64,000 bases of DNA from NCBI GenBank assembly GCA_965112735.1, contig OZ218955.1:1364001-1428000 (forward strand), in the 5' to 3' direction. The position numbers and the translations under genes were made by a program. The notes under the pieces are model-generated. The model saw only the letters and a list, made by a program, of their open reading frames with translations, was not told the DNA's origin and did not search any database. The number at the start of each line of letters is the position of its first letter. The first letter of the stretch is position 1. This document shows positions 40,875 through 53,169 of this stretch, piece after piece. This DNA comes from Phaeosaccion multiseriatum (lineage: Eukaryota; Protista; Ochrophyta, other classes).

Positions 40875-43800
40875 TCAACCCTCCTGCCCCAAACACGGCA
40901 GCTTGACCAAAATGGCCGTAATGTCATCTCGATAGTCCCCCTCCACCTCCCTCCACCGCGCCGCTGCTGTCTCAATGAGGCTCTGTGTTGCTTGCATTGC
41001 ATTGGCCCCTCCCTCCAGTTTCTCTGCCAGCAATTTAATCGCCTCGTCACTGGTGATAAACTCCCACACTCCGTCGGTGGCAAGGATAATGAATTTATCC
41101 TCGGGTTGGATGTCGTGCTCGGTGATCTCAGGCTCGGCGATCACTCCCACGCCCTTGACTGTGTGTGGGTGTGTGCGCGCAAAGCAATGCGTGGGTTTAC
41201 GGTGGGTGGGTGGTTGTGAGGGTGCGTGCGTGGGGGCAAGAGTTGAGATGGGGAGGTGAGTGAGTGGGGGGGTGAGTGAGTGAGGGGGTGACTTCCCTCC
41301 TTCCTTCCCTCCTTCCTTCCTTCCTTCGTTTCCTCCCTCCCTCCCCCCCTCCCTCCCTCCCTCCTTTCGATTGACTGACCTGCGTGATCCCCTATCGATC
41401 GTGCCATGGCGAGGCCCACTTGTGTCATTGCCGCATCGAGCCAGACCCGTGAGCTCAGTCCCACCTCAGGAGGGGGGCTCACGAAACCGCCGCTCGCCTC
41501 AATGCGGGCCTTCTCTGTCGGGCTGTCGGGGTTGTGATCTGGGTAGAGGCAGGGAGGGTGAGGGTCAGGGTGAGGGCCAGGGTGAGGGCCAGGGTGAGGG
41601 TCAGGGTGAGGGCCAGGGTGAGGGCCAGGGTGAGGGTCAGGATGATGAGGGTGGCGGTCACAGACAGGGTCAGGGTGAAAGACAAGGGGGGCAGGGTAAG
41701 AGTGGGGTTCAGGGTGAAAGACAAGGGGGGCAGGGTAAGAGTGGGGTTTCAGGGTGAGAGCCACCCACTAACACACACCCACACACACACGCACGCACGC
41801 ACACACACACACACACGTACACACACACAACACACACAAGCTCATGTCTTACGGCTCATCTTACGGCTCATCTTACGCAAGGTTACGCAATCTTACGTAA
41901 TCTTACGCACCTGTGCTGAGATCATGGGCCACGAGGGACCCGTCCGCCTGCCGAGTGGCTACCACCGCCCTGCTGTCTCCAGCATTGGCGATCCAGAGGT
42001 GCGAGTCACGCATGAATACCGACACAGCGGTGGTCCCGCTGAAGGTCGCCTCCATGGGCTGTGGAGGGCGGAGGGAGGGAGGGAGGGGAGGGAGGGACTG
42101 AGACCAGCGACAGCGCGAGCCAACGACACAAAACCAGACCGTAAAGCAAAGCGCCAGAGGGCGGGGAATCAATCAAGGTAGAGGGGGAGGAGGGAGGATG
42201 GGGAAAATGTAGGGCACCACTGCCTTCCCTCCCTCCCTCCCTCCCTCCCTCCCTCCCTCCCTCCCTCCCTCCGCCCCAACCCTCCTCCCCTCCCCTCCCC
42301 TCCCTTCCCCTCCCCTCCCCTCCCCTCCACTCCCCTCACCTGTGCCTTGCCCAGAGCCTTGTCCACCGCCAGATAGGCGTCCTTCATGCACTGGCCGGGG
42401 TCGTCCTTGAGCTGGGGGTTCTTCTCAATGTGGTGCTGTATCTCGTGCATAACAAAGTGAGACACGATGTCTCCGTGCTCTCCGTGGCCGTCGTATACGG
42501 CAAAGAGCGCCTGTTTAGTATGTCAATGGGTGGGTGGGTGGGTGGGTGGGTGGGTGCGTGGGTGGGTGTGTATGTCAATGGGGGTGTGTGTGTGTGAGAG
42601 AGAGAGAGAGTGGGGAAGGGAGGGGGGGGGGATGTGCGTGTGACATAAAAGAGAGACAGACAGAACAGGGGAGGGAGAGAGACAGAGAGAAAGAGAAGGC
42701 GAGAGGAGAGACAGAGACCGAGCAGGGGAGATGAGGGAGGGTACTCTGCCACACGTACTCCAACTCCAACTCAAACTCCAAACTCCAAACTAACCTGGTT
42801 GGAGTCTTCCTCTGGGATGGGGTAGACCACACATCCCCTGTCCTGATTGATTTTGGCGGTTACGCCGTCGTCTTCGTAGTACGAGGGCTCTACGCCGTGG
42901 CACGAGTACGTACCGACGATGGTGTCGCAGAAAGGCAAGGGGATTACCGGGTCTGTGCCTGTAGTGATGCGAGTGAGCGGGGCGGTTGAGGGAAGGAGTG
43001 AGTGAGTTAGTGAGTGTGTGAGTGAGTGAGTGAGTGAGTGAGTGAGTGAGTGAGTGAGTGAGTGAGTGAGTGAGTGAGTGAGTGAGTGAGTGAGTGTGTG
43101 AGTGTGTGAGTGAGTGAGTGTGTGAGTGTGTGAGTGAGTAAGTAAGTGTGTGAGTGCGTGAGTGAGTAAGTAAGTGAGTGAGTGAGTGAGTGAGTGAGTG
43201 TGTGAGTGAGTAAGTGTGTGTGTGTGAGTGAGTGAGTGAGTGAGTGAGTCAGTGAGGGAGTGAGTGAGTGAGTCAGTGAGTGAGTGAGTGAGTGAGTGAG
43301 GGGGTGAGTGTGTGAGTGAGTAAGTGTGTGAGTGTGTGAGTGTGTGAGTGTGTGAGTGAGTAAGTGTGTGTGTGAGTGAGTGAGTGAGTGTGTGAGTGAG
43401 TTAGTAAGTGGGTGAGTGAGTGAGTGGGTGTGTGAGTGTGTGTGTGAGTGAGTGAGTGAGTGAGTGAGTGAGTGAGTGAGTGAGTGAGTGAGTGAGTGAG
43501 GCGCTTTGGGGTACCGCAACCGAAGTGCAGCCGTTGCCCACCACCGCCCCTCTCTCGCCCCCCACACTCACTCGAGTCTCTATCATACCGTTGTAGGTGG
43601 CTCCTGCGAGAGAACCCTCAACCCCCACCCTCACCCCCACCCTCACCATCACCCTCACCCTCACCCTCACCCTCACCATCACCCTGACCCTGACCCTGAC
43701 CCTGACCCTCACCATCACCCTGATCCTGACCCTGACCCTGACCCTCACCCTCACCATCACCCTGACCCTGACCCTGACCCTGACCCTGACCCTGACCCTC

Positions 43801-44975
43801 ACCATCACCCTCACCCTCACCCCAACCCTCACCCTCACCCTCACGCTCTCAACTCTCCATCCCATTCTGCAGTGCTGCGATCGAGAGAGGTAAGGTGCGC
43901 TAAGCTAATAAGCTAACAAGCGAATAAGCTAATAAGCCAAGCTAAGCTAATAAGCTAATAAGCTAATAAGCTAAGCCAAGCTAAGCTAATAAGCTAAGCT
44001 AAGCTAAGCTAAGCCAAGCCAAGTGATGGCACAATGTTGCATGTGTATGCATCGCGTGTATCGACATCTGTAATGTCTGTGCTGTGCGCCTCACGATGTC
44101 ACGTCTCACATGCCCATTCCTTCCTACTTTGGTCAATCTAGCTAGGCTCAAAAGAACTGCCCATTCATTTTCCCACTCCCCCTCGCGTTAGCTTGACTCA
44201 CCGATTTCTTGGCTGCGATACAGAACCTTTGATAGCCTCCGGTTTCCCCCGGTGGACGCCGTCCCCACGCCCCCCTTGGGTTGCTGGGCAGCCAGCCCCA
44301 CCGACAATCTCCTCTTGCGGAAGTCAGAGGTGGCTGCTGCCTTTGTACACGTGGCGTCTGCCCCTCCGCCAAACTTTTTAGCGAATTCCGCGGCCTGTGC
44401 CGCTGCATCCTCTTCAGACACCCCCCCCTCTAGTTGGACGTTGTCCCCTCCTTCTACTGCTCCCCCCCCTTCCCCTCCCCCTGTTGATGTTGTTGTTGCG
44501 TCTTTTTCTCCTCCTGCCCCCGACATGAGTAGCTTGGCCTGTTGTGCGAACTCCGCCTCTAGCTCACTCATCACCTTTGCTCGGTTGAAGTCAGGCTCCT
44601 TCGTTGCCGCTTCATACTTGGCCTGAAGCAAAGATGGGAGGCAGGGGAAAACGAGCGAGAAGGGCTGAGGTATTTGTTTGCCCGTCTTGTTTTGTGTTCG
44701 GCCTCGCTGTTCACATCTACAGCAATCGCAGACACTATACTCGAGGCCATGCATCCTCTTCTCTTCCCTTGCCCGCCGGTATTCTTCGTAGTAGGGGCAC
44801 CCTTCTGCTGCTCCAAGAGTCGTGGTGTATTCCCGTGATGCCGAATGAAATGCAAGCAAGGAGACGAAAGTAGTCTCTTCTCTTGTCCTCTCACCTGAAG
44901 GGCTGTGTAGAGCTTAGCTTTGTCAGCCTCGCTGAAAGAGGGATTCTCCACTCCGACAGAAGCCGCACCACCCAT
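40875..44975 (-). CDS. PPM/PP2C protein phosphatase with N-terminal myristoylation motif
   Basis: About 8 exons. Motifs KINQDR, FAVYDGHG, SGTTA, IANAGDSRAV, DHNPD..EKARI, GLAMARSIGD, ILATDGVWE, RDDITA; starts MGGAAS. Confidence 0.93.
42995..43500. repeat. Intronic degenerate (TGAG)n array
   Basis: Directly visible; reads (CTCA)n on the PP2C sense strand. Confidence 0.93.
43613..43845. repeat. Intronic (ACCCTC/ACCCTG)n hexamer array
   Basis: Directly visible; an opposite-orientation array lies at ~41556-41640. Confidence 0.9.
43899..44022. repeat. (TAAGC)/(TAATAAGC) short tandem array
   Basis: Directly visible. Confidence 0.88.
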
Positions 44976-45100
44976 GGCTCCGGCCTGTCTGTCCCCCCTC
45001 TTCTCCCCCGCCCCTTCGGTCCCCTAATCCTCTCCTTCGCCCCCCGCCCCTTTTCCTGCCGACCCTCGCGCCTCCTGCCCCTCTCTCCTCCCTCGGTCTT

Positions 45101-45436
45101 CGCTGCCCCGTGCCCTTCCTCCTTCCGCTCTCCTCCTCTCCTTCGCCCCTTCCGCCCCTTTTCCTGAGCCGAGACGAAAGGGTCGCGCTTCTCCCCATGA
45201 GAGTAATGTTGCCCCTCTTTCTTTGAGCCGATGTTCCGGGCAATCTGAGGAAGGTGGAAGGTTCGCTGCCCCGTGCCCTTCCTCCTTCCGCTCTCCTCCT
45301 CTCCACGCCTCACTTCCCCCCTCTTCTTGAGCCGAGAGCGAAAGGGTGGATGGTCTTCTTCCCCATGAGAGTAATGTTGCCCGCTCTTTGCTTTGAGCCG
45401 ATGTTGCCGGGCAATCTGAGGAAGGTGGAAGGTTCG
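45101..45436. repeat. Tandem duplication of ~165 bp upstream of PP2C
   Basis: CGCTGCCCCGTGCCCTTCCTCCTTCCGCTCTCC...CCCCATGAGAGTAATGTTGCCC...GGGCAATCTGAGGAAGGTGGAAGGTTCG occurs twice. Confidence 0.88.
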
Positions 45437-45833
45437 TACGTGCACGGAATAATCTCACCGGCTGTCTCGATCGCAGCAGTAGCACCAATACCAGCTGCAG
45501 CTCTACAGAAGAGTAGTCACAGGGGGGGGGGGCGTAGGTTTAAATGGAGAGAGTGGTAGATGAAGGAGAAGAGAAAGGGGGGGGGAGGGGGGAGGCGAAA
45601 CCCCTCCGGGTACGATTTTGAACTTCGAGAATCGATTTTTTTTCGGGGCACCTCCCTTCTGCACTTCGTGGATTCTCTGGCCCATAAGCAGAAGGTGGCC
45701 CGCGGCCGAAAGCCGAGAAGCCAGGGGCTGGGCTGCGACCAGCAGAAGCCAGTCACCAGCGGGAAAGAAGATAGAGGTGGAAGAAAGCCGAGAAGCCACC
45801 GCTGGCCTGCGGCCAGAAGCCCAAAGCCAGGAG

Positions 45834-45995
45834 TCAACCCCTGATACACTATCGCCCACATTCTCGATAGCGCGCTATCCGGCCCCCCGCGGATAGCGCG
45901 CCGGCTGGCGCCGGCGACAGCGGATGGCACGCCCCAACAACCCCCCCCCCCAAGCCGGCTGGCGCCGGCGATAGCGGATAGCGGATAGGGGTTGA
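45834..45995. mobile_element. Small non-autonomous TIR element (MITE-like)
   Basis: TIRs TCAACCCCT...AGGGGTTGA, flanked on both sides by CAGGAG (45828-45833, 45996-46001), with internal palindromes. The left ~39 bp recur inverted at 61702-61740. Confidence 0.6.
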
Positions 45996-46218
45996 CAGGA
46001 GGGCTACGGCCCAGAAGCAAGCCAGGAGCCAGAAAAATAACAAAACCTCGCGGGGGGGCGAGGAACAAAGGGCCAGCAATGTCCTCTTCTCCCGTTTGTA
46101 AAGATGCCTACAATACAACACTAAAGCAGCCAGCCGGAGAGTGACTAGCTACTCACCTCTGTCAGACTGCCAGTCAAATTAAATCCGTCACCAGTCAATC
46201 AGGTTTCACACACACTCA

Positions 46219-47745
46219 TCAGTACCCCTTGTTCTTATCAATCTGATGCAAGGCTAGGGGCTTCCCCTCCAAAAACGGCCGCACACTCTCCGTAAACGCG
46301 CGAATCGTATCCACCAAAAACCCCTCCGTCTGTCCCCCATTGTGCGGCGACAAGAAGGTCCTCCTCGGGTCCAAGCTCCACAACGGATCGTCCTTTGGCA
46401 AGGGCTCCTTCTCACTCACATCAAGGGCGACCCTGAGATCCTTCCGCGGGCCTGTGAGTGCCTCAACCAGCGCCTTCTCGTCAATCAGCGCACCCCTCCC
46501 CACATTGATGATGGCTGCGCCGTGCTTGGCTCTGGCGAGGATGGAAGCATCTACCATTGCTCTTGTCTGGGGCGTGACAGGAGTGGATAGTACAATGAAG
46601 TCGCTCTGCTCGAAGACTGGCCCGAGGCCCTCCTCTAGGCCGTAGTAGTAGTGCACCCCTTCCTCCTCCTCCTCCTCCTCCTCCTCCTCCTCCTCCTCCT
46701 CCTCCTCCTGCTCCTCTTCCTCCTCTTCCTCCTTATCATCAGGACTACCACCACCACCACCACCGCCGCCGCCGCCGCCGCCACCATCGCCACCACCACC
46801 ACCAGTAGATGGCGCACTCCCTCCAGAAGAGGGAAGATGTGGGAGAGATGGAGCGGGAGGAGCCGAAGCGGGGGAGTCGTTGCTGTCCGCCGTCGTGTGC
46901 AGGGCCGAACCTGTCGGAGAAGAAGCACCGGCGCTCCGACAAGAATCTCCATTCTCTCCTTTGTGGTGCTTGTTACTGCCGCTAACGGTGCTGCTGCTGC
47001 TGCTGCTGCTGCTGCTGTCTGCCCCCTCCTCCCTCCTCCTCCGCTTCTTTGTGCTACGCTTGCTGTTCTTGAGCGCAATAACTTTCATACCAAAGGCCTT
47101 GGCCAGCGCTCCACATGCCCCTCCAATGTCCCCATAGCCAACCACACCGATAGTGGCCCCTCGTAACACAGAGATACTAAACTTCTGCCACACTCTGTCC
47201 TGCTGTTGCTGCCTGAAGCGAGGGACATCTTTCGCGAAGAACAGACAGGTCATGATAGCGTACTCGGCCAGAGCAGAGCTAAAGACGCCACGCGCCGACG
47301 TGACGATCGCGTCCGCCTCCACCACCTCGGGGCACAGCAGATACTCCACCCCCGAGGAAACGCTGTGAATCCACCGCAGCAAGGGCATCTGGGGCACCAC
47401 GACTTTAACCACCGATAAAGGCGCCAGGCAGAACAGGAGAATGTTTGCCGCTCTGCATCGCAGGCATGGAGGAGCCGAGTCAGAAGAAGAAGAAGAAGAA
47501 GAAGAAGAAGAAGAAGAAGAAGAAGAAGAAGAAGAAGAAGAAGGAGGAGGAGGAGAAGGTGAAGCAGCAGCAGCAGCAGCAGCAGCAGGAGGAGGAGGAA
47601 CAGGAGCAGGAGCAGGGAGTACTTTTGCAGGTACAGCCTACCTAAGTTGCTCCTTGAAGAAGAAGAAGAAGAAGAAGAAGAAGAAGAAGAAGAAGAAGAA
47701 GGAGGAGGAGGAGGAGGAGGAGGAGGAGGAGGAGGAGGAGGAGGA

Positions 47746-47779
<34 letters not shown>

Positions 47780-48038
47780 GAGGAGGAACAGGAGCAGGAG
47801 CAGGGAGTACTTTTCCAGGTACAGCCTACCTAAGTTGCTCCTTGGCGTACTCCGTGTCGTGACTCTCCTCGTCAAGTACCACAAGTGAGGCAATCCCGTC
47901 CTTCACAAGCTCGCTCATATTCACATCGAGGGCTTCGTACAATCGTTTGAAGAACTGGTTCTTGCCGTCCTTCAAGACGACGATCTTTGCCGTCGCTCTT
48001 GGCCTCTTTCTCAGTCTTCCCTCCGAGGCACCCTCCAT
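46219..48038 (-). CDS. D-isomer-specific 2-hydroxyacid dehydrogenase
   Basis: Exons 48038-47830 and 47452-46219. Motifs LRWIHSVSSGVE, VVGYGDIG, TPVTPQT, INVGRG..IDE, ALDV.EKEPLP, LSPHN. Confidence 0.92.
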
Positions 48039-48442
48039 CCCGTTGTTTTTCCTGGTGTGCTATTATCTAAGCATAAACAGGGGAGAGGAAGAGAGAAGAT
48101 GGTTTTGTAAAGGGTCTTGGGGGCGGGATGCGGAAAGGGCGCGTGGGATGCCATCCCCATCCACCCTCGCACTCTCTCTTCCTCCCTGATGATCGACAAG
48201 CTGAAGCCAGAAAACGACATACACGCAAGCAACTAAAGTCGACCAGCCACCCAAGGTAGGCCATCACCACTCCTGTCCCGTTTCTCGGGACCTCGTCTCA
48301 CGCGGGGGCGAAATCCGTTATCTCTCTTCCCCATGACCCCCCATGACTGACACCTAACTCCACCAAAACCTTCCCACACCGCCCTTGCTTTTGATACCAC
48401 TCCTGGTGCGCAGCGAGCAGGCGCTTGAGGCATAGGGGACGA

Positions 48443-51103
48443 ATGTCTGAAGTGGAGACATTCCTCGCTGAGGTAGACGGGGACTACAGACACAGGTTTG
48501 TGGAGGAAGGAGAGGCGATGTTCTTCATCATAAAGAGGCCCGATTTCTCTCCACGAGCCTTCTCTAGCGACATACTCCCTCTTCAGCGTTCCCTGAGGAG
48601 CCGCAAAGGGGGAGGGGGAGAAGGGAAGGGTGGACGTTCAAGTGGATGGAGTGGAGACGATGAAGGAACATGGTACAAAACAGCTCCTTGAATGTGCTAT
48701 TTCGCACCGTAACCCTCTGCCATTGACCCACTGCTGCGGTGCAACGCGATTATCACGATATAGCCACCACGCACTGAACCTTGTTTAGATAAGGGCGCTG
48801 CCTTGGGGACTCGCATGCACTTCCCTCTTTGCCTTCGCGTCACCCTGTCGAACAAGCTCCAAGGCAAAAATGTAGCCCCGTTCGCCTCTTCTTACGAACA
48901 TCCCTTTCTCTCTCCCTCTTTTCCTCGCTCTCCTCTCTGTCTGTCTGTCTCGCTCCCACTGTCTGTGTGTCTCTCTCTCCTCTCTCTCCCAATCTCTCTC
49001 TCTCTCTCTCTCTCTGTGCGCGCACCGGCGCCAAGGGCACACGAGGCTCAGCCCATCATCAGCTGGAAGAGCAGCAACACCCCTGTCAACAGACAGTTCA
49101 GCCTGCCCATCCCTATCGAGAATGGCGGAGCCGTGGTAGACTACAGGTACACGTGGTGGTGCACTGTTGGTCACTGTCAGTACACTGCTGCTCGCTCGGG
49201 CTGGAGGCGTGTCTCTGAACAAGGAGTTTCCTCTTGCAGGCATCCCTTCGATTTTAAGGATTCGCGCGCGCTCTCTCACTTCTCTTCTCCCTCCCCCCCC
49301 CCCCCCTCTCTCTGTGTGTGTGCTTTTGATCTATCGAATGTTGGCGTAACATCGTAACCTCGGCGCCGCACGCACACACCCACACCCACCCACTTCCTTG
49401 CTTAGATTCAATACTCAGGAGTATGATATCGAGTTCTCAGTCATCTACACCACCAACGACAATGGCCGGCCGGTCACAGAAGTGGTGCTCCCGCCGAGGC
49501 GCTTCGACTCCCAGATCGATCCCATCACGGGTAAGTACTTACGTGTGAAAACGTATCCATGACATATGACATGATTGCGTGTGATTGGCCCAACTCACCT
49601 CTCTCTCTGCCCCTCTGCCTGCCTTCATCTCTCTGTGTGTCTGTCTGTCTGTCTGTCTGTCTGTCTGCGCTCTCTCTCGTCCATCGGCTCCTCGCCTCTG
49701 TCTTTTTCGATCTCTCTCTCTCTCCCTCTCCCCTCCCCTCCCTCCCCTCCCTCCCCTCCCCTCCCCTCTCTCTCTCCCTCCACGTCTCTCAGGGACCTTT
49801 ACCATGATCAAACCCGGGCGGCTCACTCTCATCTGGAGCAACGAGTACTCCTGGTTCAAAGCAAAGACTCTCGGCTATAACATCACGCTGCACAACGCCA
49901 GCCAATTAGCAAGAGAAGAGGCCAAATGCGAAAGGGCCCTTCGGTGAGAGGAGAGGATGGAGGAGGGGAGGGGAGGGAAGGAGGGAGGGGGCCAGCCAAG
50001 CAGCCCAAGGATGAAAGGAGTTGAGGCTTTACATTTTACCTTGATCTATCATCTCACATCCCTCCCTCCCTCCCTCCCCTTCTTACTCCTGTCTCGCACA
50101 GTGCCCTTCGAAGCTGCTGTGCGGAGAAGGAGAAGGTAGAGAAGAAGCAAAAGGAGCTTGTAGTGGTACAGCAGGCAGCAGAGGCGCGACTGAAAGAGGG
50201 AGAGACACAATTGGCGGCTCTCCAGGCGAGGGTGGAGGCGGAGCAACAGGCGATGAGGGGCATCAGGGCAGAGGGGGACATTTTGGGGAGGAGGTGGGGG
50301 GTGCTGGAGGAACAGGTCAAGGCGTTGGGTATCCGGGTGAGTTGGGGGAGGGGAGGGGAGGGGAGTGGGTGGATGGAGGGGGGGGGGGGTGGATGGGGGT
50401 GGATGGGAGGGATGGGAGAGAGAGAGAAAAGAGAGAGGCATAGAGAAGAGAGAGAGGGGGGGGGGGGGGGGGGGAGAGAAAAGGGAGAGGTGGAGAGGCA
50501 GTAGAGATCAGAGACAGAAAGGCGATCAGAGAGGGAGAGAGAGATTGAGGCGGTGTAGTGATGATGCCTTGCCCCCCCTCCCCTCCGAACCTTTTGCAGA
50601 CCCTGACTATGGCGTTAATCTCGCGCGTGTTGAGCTTTGACGTCGAAGCGGCAAAGCGCACGCACGCACTCACGTGCCGCGACTGGAGAGACGCCACGCT
50701 CAAAGGCTCACAGGTATGAATGTAACGGTAATGTAACGTATGCTTGTCTTGTACGGTACCGCTGTATAAAGTCATTTTCTACTCGTGTGTGGGATGACGT
50801 GACTTGTCTGAACTGTGTATGTGCCCCTACCCTGTGGTTGTGTGGCCCTGAAGTCCGCCGGTTGGTGATTCAACGGAATTTCTCCCTTATTCACTCCCTC
50901 CCTCCCTCGCTCACTCCCTCACACTCCCTTACCAACTCATTCACTCACTCACTCACTCACACACTCACTCACTCTCTGACTGATTGGTGACTCACGCACT
51001 CCCTCACTGGTTGGTGATTCACTCACAGGTGGCCGATGTAGAGCGTCGCCTTGCGGCGGCTGCGAACGGCGATGAATCAGCTGTAGAGGCGCGCAAGGGG
51101 TGA
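48443..51103 (+). CDS. GOLD-domain + coiled-coil protein with a possible C-terminal F-box-like motif
   Basis: Seven exons. GOLD motifs F.TQEYDIEFSV and PGRLTLIWSNEYSWFKAKTLGYNI, then a coiled coil, then LTMALISRVLSF...ALTCRDWR. Confidence 0.8.
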
Positions 51104-51337
51104 TACAGCATCCTCAGCAACAGCCGTAGCTGGTGAGACAGCATGGTTCAGCGGGCAGCAGCGGCAGCAGTTGGTGATACAGCGGCATCAGTAGTAGCAC
51201 TTGGTGATAAAAGTGGCAGGCGGCAGCAGCCGCAGCGGCAGCAGTTGGTGGTTCAGCAGCAGCAGCGATTTGGAGGGGCAAAGCACTTGTACATTGGCGC
51301 GGCTGTCTCTCGGGGTCTCTGTGGTTTGGTGCTGCCC

Positions 51338-51369
<32 letters not shown>

Positions 51370-52113
51370 TAGGCTTTCCGCCTCCCTCTTGTCCTCTCTC
51401 GTACCGACTTTCGGGGTCAGCGTGGCTGGAGAGGGGAGGCGCGAGGAGGCAGAAACGCCCCATTCTTCCATGGGGTAAGGGTGAGATGGGGAAGCAAACC
51501 CGACTTGGCGTCCGACTTGGCGTGAGTGTGTGTGTGCATAGTGCACTGTCTCTGACGTAAAGAAGAGTCTGAATGTGATGAATGTGATGTGCTTTGCCTC
51601 AGCCATGCCCCCCGAGAAGAGAAACGCAGCACATTTTCTTTTTTTTTGTGGTACTGTAAGCATTAGTAGTAAGTAAAATAAATAGGGGCGCTCCTCCTGC
51701 TTGCTCGTATGGTTGAAGTAGGGTAGGGTAGGTAGGTAAGTAGGTACCAACTACCCGCCTACCACTCGAATGACCACCCTGTCTCTCTCTTCAGGCGTCG
51801 TCAACTGTGACCCCATCCCCTCAGCCCCCCGATTGGTCGCCCCTGTGCGATGTGGTGTACGTTACAGTCGTTGCATGGTGGTGCCAAGGCTCTCGCCGAA
51901 AGTCGCCACTCTGGAGTAAGCAGTTTCGTCCAAGGTCCCGGGCCCGAGGCGAGGAAAGATGTCTCTCCCTATGCGTCTACAGCCCCCCTTCTCCTCTCTC
52001 TCTCTCTCTCCTACCTCACGTCTATTCTTGTCTCTTTTTGTTTCTCCATCTGCGTCCTCCGCTGTCCTCTCGTCTCCTTTTCTACCTCTCCAGCTACCCT
52101 CCCACCCCCCCCC

Positions 52114-53038
52114 TTACTCCTCCTTCCCCTCCCTCTTCATCTTATCTTGGTACTCATTCTGCCTATCCACCTTGTAGCCCTGCTGCACCTCGTCGCGACT
52201 TCGGAACTTGCCCGTGGCGAACTGAGCCTTGGTGCTGTCAGGCCTGGTGCGCGCCTCGGCGAGTCGCTTGTAGTAGTCGCCCTTCTCCAGGAGGTCGTTG
52301 TAGCTGATGCCAAGCTCGTCCAGCTCCGCTTTCATCTCACTCACCTTCGTGGGGAGGGAGGGAGGGAGGGACGGGTGAGGGGGGGGAGGAGGGACAACGG
52401 GGGAGACGAGGAAAAGTGAGAGGTGAGAGGGAGGTGGGTGTGTATGTGTGTGTGTGTGTGTGTATGAGACAATCACTATGCACACGGTGATGACGCATGA
52501 TGCATACAGGAGGATACTGGCGGGCGGGGTGCAGCTGCCTTTCCCTCCGCCCCCCCTGCTGCCTTTCTCTCCGACCCAAACGGTCAATGTTCCTCTCCGT
52601 CTATCGCTCATTCTCCTCGCTCAGTGCTGCTACCACCACGCCGTCCGCACAGCGTCCGCCCCCTCTCTTAGTTGGGTGGATAACGCGTGCTACTGCTCCC
52701 TTCCCCTCTCTTACCTTTGGTCTCGCGTCCTTAATCTTGGCAAGCTCTGCCTCAAACTCGGCCTCAGTGGCCTCGTCCTTTGGCTCGTCCTTCGCATCCT
52801 CATCCTCCTCGGACATGCGGAGAACGCTGGAGCTGCGGGTGCTGCCTGTCACTGCTGCTGCTGCCGTGGCGCTGCGTTGGAAAGGAGAGGAAGCCCGGAT
52901 TGCTGAGCTGGTGGAGGGAGAGGCCGCAGCCTTCCTGCCCACCAGCACTCCCGTCGGTGCCACAAATGCGTGCGCCCCGCTCTGAAGCAGAGCAGCTGCC
53001 ACCACTGCTGCAGCTGGGATAATAGCGGTTCTCGGCAT
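52114..53038 (-). CDS. Putative plastid-targeted protein with a SAP/ARMET-C-like helical domain (paralogue A)
   Basis: Exons 53038-52715 and 52345-52114. Signal peptide ending GAHA-FVAP, Ser/Arg-rich transit peptide, then VSEMKAELDELGISYNDLLEKGDYYKRLAEAR. Confidence 0.75.
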
Positions 53039-53169
53039 GTTGCTTGTGGGGGAGACTTTCTTCAATACAAAATGTCCACTTTCCAGAACCACGGCGACGA
53101 GATTGGAGTGGATGGCAGTGGAGGGCGATGTGACTATCGTGGCGGAGCATATCACAAGCTTTTGTGAAG

